Shown here: positions 13,871-24,200 of the stretch, one piece after another
Numbering within the stretch: position 1 is the first letter of the stretch
Layout: the number at the start of each line of letters is the position of its first letter
From: Candidatus Saccharimonadota bacterium
GTDB lineage: Bacteria; Pseudomonadota; Gammaproteobacteria; Enterobacterales; Enterobacteriaceae
Reading direction: 5' to 3'
DNA length: 32,000 nucleotides
Assembly: GCA_000217635.1 (NCBI GenBank)
Contig: CP001817.1
Coordinates: 1 to 32,000, forward strand
Notes under the pieces: model-generated
The model's database searches: none
What the model was told of the DNA's origin: nothing
The model's input: the letters and a program-made list of their open reading frames with translations, nothing else
Made by a program: the position numbers and the translations under genes

Positions 13871-14444
13871 ATGCCATCTTTTTTTGGTAGTAATTTAAAA
13901 ATAGGAAATAAAATTTTAATTAAAAAAACCATATGAAGTGTTACATCGAGAATTTGTTAAACCAGGAAAAGGACAAGCATTTGTTCGGTTAAAAATTAGA
14001 GAATTATTAACAGGAAAATTATTATTAAAAACCTTTAAATCTACAGATACTTTTTTATTAGCAAATATAACTGTCATTGATGTTCTTTTTTTATATAAAG
14101 ATATAGATGGGAAATCGTGGATATTTATGAATCAAAATACATTTAATCATATATCTGTTCATCAAGATAAATTATTTGGTTCTGAAAAATGGTTATTTAA
14201 TAATATTCAATGTACAATAACTTTATGGGATAATATTCCAATTATAGTTCGGGTATCTAATTTTATTCATCTAGAAGTAAAAGAAGTTGAATTATCTGTA
14301 AAAGGTGATACGATAAATGTATCGAGTAAACTTGTAAGATTAGTGACAGGCACTAAGATTCGAGTTCCTTTATTTATACAAAAAGGAGATTTTATAAAGA
14401 TAGACACAAGAGCAGGTATTTACATATCCCGTTCCATTATATAA
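13871..14444 (+). pseudogene. efp: Elongation factor P, interrupted by a frameshift in an A7 tract (possibly rescued by slippage, or an assembly error)
   Basis: ATG at 13871 gives MPSFFGSNLKIGNKILIKKTI*, which aligns to E. coli EF-P residues 1-19. The rest of the protein (PYEVLHREFVKPGKGQAF... to 14444) continues in the +1 frame immediately after aaaaaaa (13922-13928). Removing one A gives a 190-aa EF-P (E. coli 188 aa). The ORF track shows only the 168-aa 3' part, from GTG at 13938. Confidence 0.85.
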
Positions 14445-14490
14445 ATTGTGTAATTTGTTTTTTGATATTATATATAGATAATAATATATC

Positions 14491-15189
14491 TTAGTATTCA
14501 TGTCCTGTGATATTTTTTCTATAACTACTCCAGTCAAATGTTAACCATAAACTATGTCCTAATCGCATTCTATCAATAACGCGTTCACCTAATAGTTTTT
14601 TTATTCCAAAATAATCTAAATTGGATAACATTCCGGTAGATTTTTTTGTAGATGATCGTCTATCTATTATTTGGTTAATAATAATTTTTTCATATCGTGA
14701 TTTTATTTGCACTCCAATTTCATCAATTATTAATAGATCTACTTTACATAATTTGTGAATTAATTCTTCTTCTGTAGTTTTACAAGAACTACTAAATGTT
14801 TTTTTTATAGAAGACATTAGGTCTGCAACTGTAATAATTAATACACTATTACCATTTAAAATTAAATAATTTCCAATTGCTGCAGCTAAGTGATTTTTTC
14901 CTGTTCCTGGATTTCCGGAAAAAATAAAATTAGCTATACTATTTTTAAATTTTTTGCATATTTTTGAGAAGCTTGTAAAGCTTTTTTGTGACCTGCATGT
15001 TTTTATATTATAATTTTCAAATGAACAATTAATATATAATTCTCGAATTCCTGATCGTCCTAAAATTTTTTGCATTTTCATTGCCTGATTATTACGTAAA
15101 ATAGATATAGAGGATATTTGTCCTTGTTGTTGATTCCATAATAATAAATCTTTATCATTATAAAATTTTGGTGTGATATAGTGCGGCAT
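14491..15189 (-). CDS. dnaC: DNA replication protein DnaC (helicase loader)
   Basis: 232-aa ORF colinear with E. coli DnaC from its residue ~15 onward: MPHYITP vs MPAHIKP, RSGIRELYINCSFENY, the Walker A motif FSGNPGTGKNHLAAAI, DLLIIDEIG, and the C-terminal RMRLGHSLW...TGHEY. A possible 11-codon N-terminal extension from ATG 15221 lies in another frame (see finding). Confidence 0.9.
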   Translation of the reverse strand: MPHYITPKFYNDKDLLLWNQQQGQISSISILRNNQAMKMQKILGRSGIRELYINCSFENYNIKTCRSQKSFTSFSKICKKFKNSIANFIFSGNPGTGKNHLAAAIGNYLILNGNSVLIITVADLMSSIKKTFSSSCKTTEEELIHKLCKVDLLIIDEIGVQIKSRYEKIIINQIIDRRSSTKKSTGMLSNLDYFGIKKLLGERVIDRMRLGHSLWLTFDWSSYRKNITGHEY

Positions 15190-15559
15190 TATATTTTTTA
15201 GTTTTTTAAAAAATTTTTCATATATTTTATATTTTTCTATAATATTTTTATGAAATATTAATAAATATTTTTTAAAAATATATAGATCCTATATGTAATA
15301 AATATATATTTTTATAAAAATTAAATAGTCTTTAGTATCTTTTTTTATAATTTTTATTATATATATTAAGAATAGATTAAGTAAACAATAGATTTTTTAT
15401 TATATTAATATTAATATTAAGATGTATAAGTGAGTTTAACAAAATAATTTATTTATATGATATAATAAAAATATTATAAATTAATTTTATTTAAAATATT
15501 TTATGGGTGTTTTTTATTTCTTATGATACTTTCATAAAGTATGTATTTTATTTTTTACC

Positions 15560-16123
15560 TTAATTACAAATAAATAATGTACATATAACATTACCAATTT
15601 TTTTTTTTTTATTAAAGTCCAATTATGATTTAATTTTTTTTTATAAATTTTTTACATTGTTCAATATAAATAATAGATTTTTTATGTAACCAATTATTTT
15701 TTTTAATAATATAATGGTATTTTTTAATAATTTAAAATCGTGAAATGGAGGATCTAAATATATAATATCAAATGGTTTTCCGTTTTTTTTTAACCACGTT
15801 ATAGTGTCTGTATTAAATGTTAATACTGAATTAATTGAAAAATTTTTGATAGTATTAAGAAGTGCGTAGAATAATTTTTTGTTTATTTCTAGTGCTGTTA
15901 CTGAATGCGCTAAACGAGAAATTGATTCAATACTTAAATTACCGCTACCAGCAAAACAATCTAAACAATTTTTGTTCTTTATGTAGGGATTTAACCAATT
16001 AAATAGTGTTTCTTTTACACGATTTCCTGTAGGTCTGATATTAAAATTTTTTATAGAATGTAATACTCGACCGCGAAATATACCACTTATAATGCGAATT
16101 CTTTTTTTATATTTATTTTGCAT
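15560..16123 (-). pseudogene. rsmD: 16S rRNA m2G966 methyltransferase RsmD (YhhF), broken at three successive poly(A) tracts
   Basis: The 160-aa ORF (16123-15641) carries RPTGNRVKETLFNWL, the SAM motif LDCFAGSGNLS and DPPF. After LLKK the RsmD alignment continues only by changing frame at A8 (15697-15704), A9 (15634-15642) and A13 (15598-15610). This gives NNWLHKKSIIYIE... / LNHNWTLIKKKK / IGNVICTLFICN*, compared with E. coli NGWLADEALIYVE...ANWSLHREKVAGQVAYRLYQRE. Confidence 0.8.
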
Positions 16124-16176
16124 TTTTTTAAACTTATTGTATGTAATAAAATAATAAAATTTTAAGGAATAATATT

Positions 16177-17225
16177 TTGGGTATTAAAAAAAATTTTTTT
16201 TTGAAATGGATTAATTTTAAAAAAAAGATTCTAAATCTACAATTTGTCAGTCAAATCAAAAAAAAAATATAAAAAATTCTGTTTTTTCTATATTATCAGA
16301 AAATAAAATTATAAATAAGTTAAAAGATTATTTTATAAATACAAAAAAAATATTTACAGAAAAAATAAATAATATTTTTTTTAAAAAATCATTAAATCAA
16401 GAAACATTTAATGATATAGAAAAATTATTATTATTATCTGATTTTGGAATATCTACTACAGAAAATATTCTTTTAAAATTTAAAAAAAAAATAGATATTA
16501 ATAGGGTAACAGATCCAAAGAAAGCAATTTTGATTTTTAAAAATCAATTATTAAATATTCTAAAAAAAGTTAATTCAATTCCATTAACTGATAATTTTAC
16601 TTCTTTTCCTCATATTATTTTAGTAATAGGTGTTAACGGTGTTGGAAAAACTACAACTATTGCAAAATTAGCATATTATTATAAAACGCATGGTAAATCA
16701 ATAATGTTATCTGCAGGTGATACATTTCGAGCAGCAGCAATTGATCAAATACTTATATTAGGTAAAAAATATGAGATCCCTGTTTTTTCAAAACCTTTTG
16801 GAACAGATCCGGCTTCTGTGATATTTGATTCGATTCGAGAAGCCAAAAATAAAAAATCAGATATATTAATAATAGACACAGCAGGACGTTTGCATAATAA
16901 ATCGCATTTATTACAAGAATTAAAAAAAATTTCTCGTATAATAAAAAAATTTGATATATCAGCTCCTCATGAAGTAATTTTAGTTCTTGATGCGTGTATT
17001 GGTCAAAACTCTATTCAACAAACTAAATTATTTCATAAAAATGTTCCAATTAGTAGTATTATTATAACTAAATTGGATGGTACAGCTAAAGGAGGGATTA
17101 TCTTTTCTATCATAGATCGATTTAAAATTCCTATATGTTTTATCGGGACTGGAGAAAAAATTACTGATTTAAAAAAATTTAATAATGAATTATTTATTAA
17201 TGAATTTTTTAAAACTGAATTATAA
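16177..17225 (+). pseudogene. ftsY: Signal recognition particle receptor FtsY, with a frameshift in a poly(A) tract near the 5' end (possibly rescued by slippage, or an assembly error)
   Basis: TTG at 16177, with Shine-Dalgarno aagga at 16164-16168, gives MGIKKNFFLKWINFKKK..., matching the E. coli FtsY N-terminus MAKEKKRGFFSWLGFGQK. This frame stops at 16270-16272. The N and G domains (FNDIEKLLLLSDFGISTT..., GVNGVGKTTTIAKLA, DTAGRL, TKLDGTAKGG) are in the -1 frame, which is open from 16221 to 17225. The overlap region contains A8 (16219-16226) and A10 (16258-16267). Confidence 0.85.
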
Positions 17226-17466
17226 GTGATATTTTTACATTGTAAATATATATTCATATTTATTGAATCACATTAAATTTTAAAAAAAATATATTCGTAA
17301 TAAGTTTAAATAGGCATGATATCTTTATAATTTTTTAAAATACCTAATTAATATTTATTATCTTAAAATATTTTTATAAAATATTTTTTAATTCAATTAT
17401 ATAATTTAAAAAATATTTTTTTATTTTTAATAGATTACCCTTTTATTAGTATATGGTTATAGAGTA

Positions 17467-18342
17467 ATGAAAAATATAAAAAATAAAGTATTAACTTCTG
17501 GTTTTTTAAATATTGGAAGTTTAGATACATATGTGCGAGTAGCTAATTCTTTTCCTATGTTAACAGAAAAACAAGAAAAATCACTTCTTAATAAACTTTT
17601 TTTTCGTAATGATATAGAGGCAGTAAAATTATTAATTTTATCTCATCTTCGTTTTGTAATATATATAGCTAAAAATTATTCAGGTTATGGATTACCAAAA
17701 GCAGATTTAATTCAAGAAGGAAACATTGGATTAATGAAAGCTATTCGACGTTTTAACATTAATTTTAATGTTAGATTAGTATCATTTGCGGTACATTGGA
17801 TAAAATCAGAGATTCATGAATATGTATTAAGAAACTGGAGAATTGTTAAAGTAGCGACAACAAAATCTCAGCGTAAGCTTTTTTTTAATTTAAGAAAAAA
17901 AAAACGTTTAGGTTGGTTTAATACTGATGAAATTAATATTGTTGCTACGCAATTAGGAGTTACTCAACGAGAAGTGCAAGAAATGGAATCTCGTATGTCG
18001 ACTCAAGATATAACATTAGATTATTTACCTAACGATGTAAATTGTGATTATGTATCTAATCGTAATTTAATGCCTACGATTTACTTAGAAGATAAAAAGT
18101 CAAATTTTGCATTAGATATAGAGCAAAATAATTGGGAAAGACATGCTACTCATAAATTAAGCGATGCATTATTAATTTTAGATGAAAGGAGTCAACAAAT
18201 TATTAAGCGCCGTTGGTTATATCAAGATCACAATAAAATTACGTTACAATCACTTGCACGAGACTATGGAATTTCAGCTGAACGTGTGAGACAGTTAGAA
18301 AAAAATGCAATGAAGAAATTAAAATTAGCTATTGAAGCGTAA
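17467..18342 (+). CDS. rpoH: RNA polymerase sigma-32 factor RpoH
   Basis: 291-aa ORF colinear with E. coli RpoH: [22 protein letters not shown], the RpoH box [41 protein letters not shown], and the C-terminal [22 protein letters not shown]. Confidence 0.96.
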   Translation: MKNIKNKVLTSGFLNIGSLDTYVRVANSFPMLTEKQEKSLLNKLFFRNDIEAVKLLILSHLRFVIYIAKNYSGYGLPKADLIQEGNIGLMKAIRRFNINFNVRLVSFAVHWIKSEIHEYVLRNWRIVKVATTKSQRKLFFNLRKKKRLGWFNTDEINIVATQLGVTQREVQEMESRMSTQDITLDYLPNDVNCDYVSNRNLMPTIYLEDKKSNFALDIEQNNWERHATHKLSDALLILDERSQQIIKRRWLYQDHNKITLQSLARDYGISAERVRQLEKNAMKKLKLAIEA

Positions 18343-18794
18343 TTATAAATTAGTTATTAAGATTTTATAAATAAAAATATTCTTGTATTTTTTATATTAA
18401 AATAGTATTTTTTATTGAAATATATAAAATTTTAAAAAAAATGTATTTTTATATAGTATTATAACAAATATATATGATTTAAATGTTTTTTTTTATATTT
18501 TATTAAATTTTATGTGATTTAAGATATAATTAAGTTTTATATTTTTTTTTTTTATATTTTTTAATAATATTTATTAAGGTTGTTTTATTTTCTAAAATCA
18601 CATACTATTACTATATACTATATATATATTGAATAAAGATTTTTTTTATTTTTTTATTTCAAATATATATTCTATATAACTAAAATTTTTTAAAAATTTT
18701 TTAAACAATTAATAATATAATGTTATGTTTTTATTTTTTAAAATAATAAAAATATATTGATGTCCAGATAATATACTAAATTAGGAAAATATAT

Positions 18795-21070
18795 ATGAAT
18801 ATTAAAAATCATATACTCGGGTTTCCTAGAATTGGTTTGCATCGTGAGCTAAAGTTTGCTCAAGAGAATTACTGGTCTGGAAAATCTACCTTAAATGAAC
18901 TTTTATTAGTAGGAAAAGATATAAGAAAAAAAAATTGGGAATTACAAGTTAAAAATGGTATAGATATTGTTCCGGTGGGTGATTTTTCGTGGTATGATCA
19001 TATATTAAATACAAGTATGATGTTAGGAAACATACCAGAAAGACATTGTTGTAATCAAGAAATGCCAACTATTGATACTTTATTTCGTGTTGCGCGAGGA
19101 GTAAATTCAACTGAAGATACATGTTCTGCTTCAGAATTGACAAAATGGTTTAATACAAATTATCATTATATAGTACCAGAATTAAAAAAAATAAAATTTA
19201 AATTATCTTGGATGCAGATTTTTGAAGAATGTGATGAAGCATTATCATTAGGATTTACAATTAAACCGGTATTAATTGGACCGATAACATATCTTTGGTT
19301 AAGTAAAATTGTAGGTGAAGATTTTGATAAATTAGATTTACTTGATGATTTATTACGAGTGTATTGTGATATATTAAGTGAATTTAAAAAAAGAAATATT
19401 AAATGGGTGCAAATAGATGAACCAATTTTAACATTAGATTTACCTTCTGTATGGAAAAAATCTTTTAAAAAAGCTTATAATTATTTACATGGGGAACAAA
19501 AGATTTTATTAACCACCTATTTTGGTGATATAAAGCATAATTTTGATATTGTTAAATTATTACCAGTTGATGGTTTACATATTGATTTGGTATCTGGAGA
19601 ATATAATTTATTTGATTTAAATAGATATATTGATAAAAATACATTACTTTCATTAGGTATAATTAATGGGCGTAATATTTGGCGATCTAATATTTTAGAA
19701 TGGTTTAATATTTTGCAATCTTTTATGAATATTAGAGATACTTTTTGGATAGGTTCGTCTTGTTCATTATTACATGTTCCAATAGATATTAATGTTGAAG
19801 ATAATTTAACTGATCTTGTTAAGCAATGGTTTTCTTTTGGATTACAAAAATGTAAAGAGTTATCATTATTATCTAATATTTTAAATAATCAACATAAATC
19901 TACAAGCCAATTAAAAGAATGGATTAAACCAATAGCATCACATCAGTCATCTACATTAGTTAATAATTTTATTGTGCAAAAACGTGTTATGAATATTTCT
20001 TCTAAAGAAACAAAAAGAAATAGCTCGTATGCGGTTCGTTCTATAGAACAAAAAAAATCTTTAAAATTGCCTATTTTACCTACCACAACAATTGGCTCTT
20101 TTCCTCAAACATCAGATATCAGAAAATTACGTTTAGATTATAAAAATAATCATATTAGCCAAGATGATTACAATAAAAAATTAAATTACATATTAAAAAA
20201 TATTATTATACAACAGGAAAAATTTGGTCTTGATGTATTGGTTCACGGAGAACCAGAACGTAATGATATGGTAGAATATTTTAGTGATTATTTAGAGGGA
20301 TTTGTTTTTACAAATTATGGTTGGGTACAAAGCTTTGGTTCTCGTTGTGTAAAACCACCAATTATAGTGGGTGATATAAATCGTATTACACCAATAACAG
20401 TGCCATGGTCTGAATATGCGCAGTCTTTAACTAATAAACCCGTTAAAGGTATGTTAACTGGACCTGTGACTATTTTATGTTGGTCTTTTCCGCGTGAAGA
20501 TATATCAAAAGAAATAATTGCTAAACAAATTGCTTTAGCATTACGTGATGAAGTGAAAGATTTAGAAAGTATTGGCATTAAGATTATTCAAATTGACGAA
20601 CCAGCATTAAGAGAAGGTTTGCCATTACGTCAATGTCAATGGGATAATTATTTAAAGTGGGCAATAGAATCATTTAAATTATGTTCTTCAGGTGTTAAAG
20701 ATAGCACACAAATTCATACACATATGTGTTATTGTAAGTTTAATGATATTATGTCAGCTATTAGTTCATTAGATGTAGATGTAATTACAATTGAAACTTC
20801 TAGATCGGAGATGGAATTATTAAAATTTTTAAAAAATTTAATTATCTTAATGAAATTGGTCCTGGGGTTTACGATATTCATTCTCCAAATATTCCTACAG
20901 TAAAATGCATAGAAAAACGTTTATTAATGGCGTTAAAATTTATTTCTAAAGAAAGATTATGGGTTAATCCAGATTGTGGTTTAAAAACTCGTACTTGGTT
21001 AGAAACTTCATTATCACTACAAAATATGATACAAGCTGTACAAAATATTCGTAAAAATATTAATAATTAA
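18795..21070 (+). pseudogene. metE: Cobalamin-independent methionine synthase MetE, with a frameshift in an A6 tract 56 codons before the end (possibly rescued by slippage, or an assembly error)
   Basis: The 702-aa ORF (18795-20903) is colinear with E. coli MetE up to ...[17 protein letters not shown]. After aaaaaa (20831-20836) the alignment continues in the +2 frame: [22 protein letters not shown]...[15 protein letters not shown]... to TAA at 21068-21070. One extra A gives 758 aa (E. coli 753 aa). Confidence 0.88.
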
Positions 21071-21078
21071 TAAAATTT

Positions 21079-21131
21079 TTCCACTAAACATAATTTAATA
21101 ATTTCTTATTATTTATTTGTATTTAGTGGAA
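21079..21131. terminator. Long hairpin between convergent metE and rpoC (candidate bidirectional terminator)
   Basis: A perfect 10-bp inverted repeat: ttccactaaa (21079-21088) and tttagtggaa (21122-21131). An inner taataa/ttatta pair lies in the 33-nt AT-rich loop. On the plus strand it is followed by tgtttattttt. Confidence 0.35.
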
Positions 21132-21242
21132 TGTTTATTTTTCTTAATTTAGATATAAAATTAATTTCTGTATTTTTCGATATTTTATGGGTTTAAAAAA
21201 TTTTTAATAATTTATTGAAGATATAAAATGTAATAATTTGTC

Positions 21243-24200
21243 TTATATTTTTTCGGCAGAATTTAATAGTTCTGATAAGTTTGCTGCAGCTTCTTCAGCA
21301 CTAATTGATGATTTATTTTGTTTATCTTTTCTGTTTTTTTTAAGAACCGTTTTTTCTAAATGATTTTTTATTCTATTTTTATGATAAGAATATCCAGTTC
21401 CAGCAGGTATTAATCTTCCAACAATAACATTTTCTTTTAACCCGCGTAATTGATCTTTTTTACCTGCTACAGCAGATTCTGTAAGTACTCTAGTTGTTTC
21501 TTGAAAAGATGCAGCGGAAATAAATGATTCGGTAGCTAAAGATGCTTTTGTAATACCTAATAAATCTCTTAAAAAATTGCTTTTGTTTTTTATTTTTTCT
21601 AATTTTTTGTTTTCTGTTATAATGTTTGAATATTCTAATTGTTCGCCGGGTAAAAAATTTGAATTTCCAGAATTTAATATTGTAGCTTTTCGTAACATTT
21701 GACGTAAAATAACTTCAATGTGTTTATCATTGATTTTTACTCCCTGTAATCTGTAAACTTCTTGTACTTCATGTACTATATATTTTGTAACCGCTTGAAT
21801 TCCTCTCAATCGTAGTATGTCATGTGGTGATTCCGGGCCATCTGAGATCACATCACCTTTTTCTACACGTTCTCCTTCAAAAACATTTAATTGACGCCAT
21901 TTTGGAATCATTTCTTCGTGTATATGACATCCGGTGAGGGGAGTTAAAATTAATCTTCTTTTACCTTTTGTTTCTTTTCCAAAAGAAATAATTCCGCTAA
22001 TTTCAGCCAAAATTGCTAATTCTTTTGGTTTTCGGGCTTCAAATAAATCAGCTACTCTTGGTAATCCTCCGGTAATATCTTTTGTTCCTCCAGATTCTTG
22101 AGGTACTCTTGCTAATGTGTCTCCAGAATAAATTTTTATACCATTTTCTAATTGTATGATAGCTTTTCCAGGTAAAAAATATTGAGCCGGCATATCAGTC
22201 CCTGGAATAAAAATATCATATCCTTCTTTACTGATTATCTTTAATGATGGCCGTAAGTCTTTACTTGTGATTGTACGTTCAGAAATATCTAAAACTACTA
22301 CAGAAGATAATCCGGTTAATTCATCTGTTTGTCGTATAATACTTTGTCCGTCTACCATATCAATAAATTTAACATATCCATTAACTTCTGTAATTACAGG
22401 AATAGTATGTGGATCCCATTTTGCTATAATTTCTCCGGATTTTACTGATTCTCCTTCTCCTTTTACTAACACTGCTCCATATGGAATCTTATAACTTTCT
22501 TGTGTTTTGCCAAATTTATCTATTATTTTTAATTCAGTATTTCTAGATGTAATAATAATTTTTTTATTAGAATTTATAATAAATTTTGAATTACTTAAAT
22601 GAACAATTCCATTTTTTCGTATTTGTATGCTGGATTCTAATGCTGTTCTAGATGCTGCCCCTCCTATATGGAAAGTACGCATTGTTAGTTGAGTACCAGG
22701 TTCGCCTATTGATTGAGCGGCTATTACACCGATTGCTTCACCTTTTTTTACTAACGTTCCTCGAGCTAAATCACGCCCATAACAATAAGCACAAACTCCA
22801 AAAATTGTTTCACAATTTACAACAGATCTTACTTTAATTTTATCGATAAAATATTTTTCTAAAATATCACACCATTTTTCATGCAATAAAGTATTTCGTG
22901 GTATAATGATTTTTTTAGAGTTAGGTTTTAGTATGTTTTCGGCTGTTAACCGTCCTAATACTCTTTCTCGTAATGTTTCTTTAATATCTCCTCCTTCGAT
23001 TAAAGAATGCATAATAATACCTTCCGAAGTTTTACAATCACTTTCTGTGACTACTAAATCTTGAGCTACATCTACTAATCGACGGGTTAAATAACCAGAA
23101 TTTGCAGTTTTTAATGCGGTATCGGCTAATCCTTTGCGGGCTCCATGGGTTGAGATAAAATATTGTAAAACATTTAATCCCTCTCGAAAATTAGCTGTAA
23201 TTGGTGTTTCAATAATTGATCCATCCGGTTTAGCCATCAATCCTCTCATACCTGCTAATTGTCTAATTTGTGCAGCTGATCCTCGAGCACCTGAATCGGC
23301 CATCATAAAAATATTATTAAAAGATGTTTGTTGTATTGATTCTCCTTTTTTATTAATTATATTATCTGTAGATAAATTTTTCATCATAGCTTTAGCTACT
23401 TTCTCATTAGCAATTGCCCAAATATCTATGACTTTATTATATCGTTCTCCAAATGTTACTAATCCTGTTTGAAATTGTTCATGTATCTCTGATACTTCAT
23501 ATTCTGCCGCAGAAATAATTTCTGTTTTTTCTTGAGGTATAACAATATCATCTATTCCAACAGATGAACCTGATCGTGCTGCATAATCAAATCCTATATA
23601 CATAATTTGATCAGCAAAATCTACTGTTTTTTTTAAACCTAAAGTACGATAACAATAATTTAATAAACCTGAAATATCAGATTTTCCTAACGTTTTATTT
23701 ACTAAATGAAATGGTAATCCGTGCGGAACAATATTCCAGAAAATTGCTCTTCCAATAGTAGTATTAATAATTTTATTTTTTTTATTCAGTTTTTTTTCTT
23801 CTTTATTTTTATAATAATATTCTGTAATTTTTATACGTACTTTAGAGTGTAATTCGGCTACTCCTAATTCATATACACGTTCCGCTTCTTTAGATCCTGA
23901 TAATAACATTCCCTCTCCTTTTCCGTTTATTTTTTCTCTTGTCATATAATAAACTCCAAGAACAACATCTTGAGAGGGTACAATAATCGGTTCTCCATTA
24001 GCTGGAGATAATATATTGTTTGTTGACATCATCAGAGAACGTGCTTCTAATTGAGCCTCTTTAGTTAAAGGTATATGAATAGCCATTTGATCACCATCAA
24101 AATCAGCATTATATGCTGCACATACTAATGGATGTAATTGTATCGCTTTACCTTCAATTAAAATAGGTTCAAATGCCTGAATACCTAAACGATGTAAAGT

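Noticed and set aside
18511-18604. A 10-bp inverted repeat upstream of metE, considered as a possible operator (MetJ/MetR-like).
   Set aside because: It does not resemble the MetJ box (AGACGTCT) as I remember it. The arms are 74 bp apart, and a single 10-bp match in a large A/T-rich window can arise by chance. It is mentioned only within the spacer finding.
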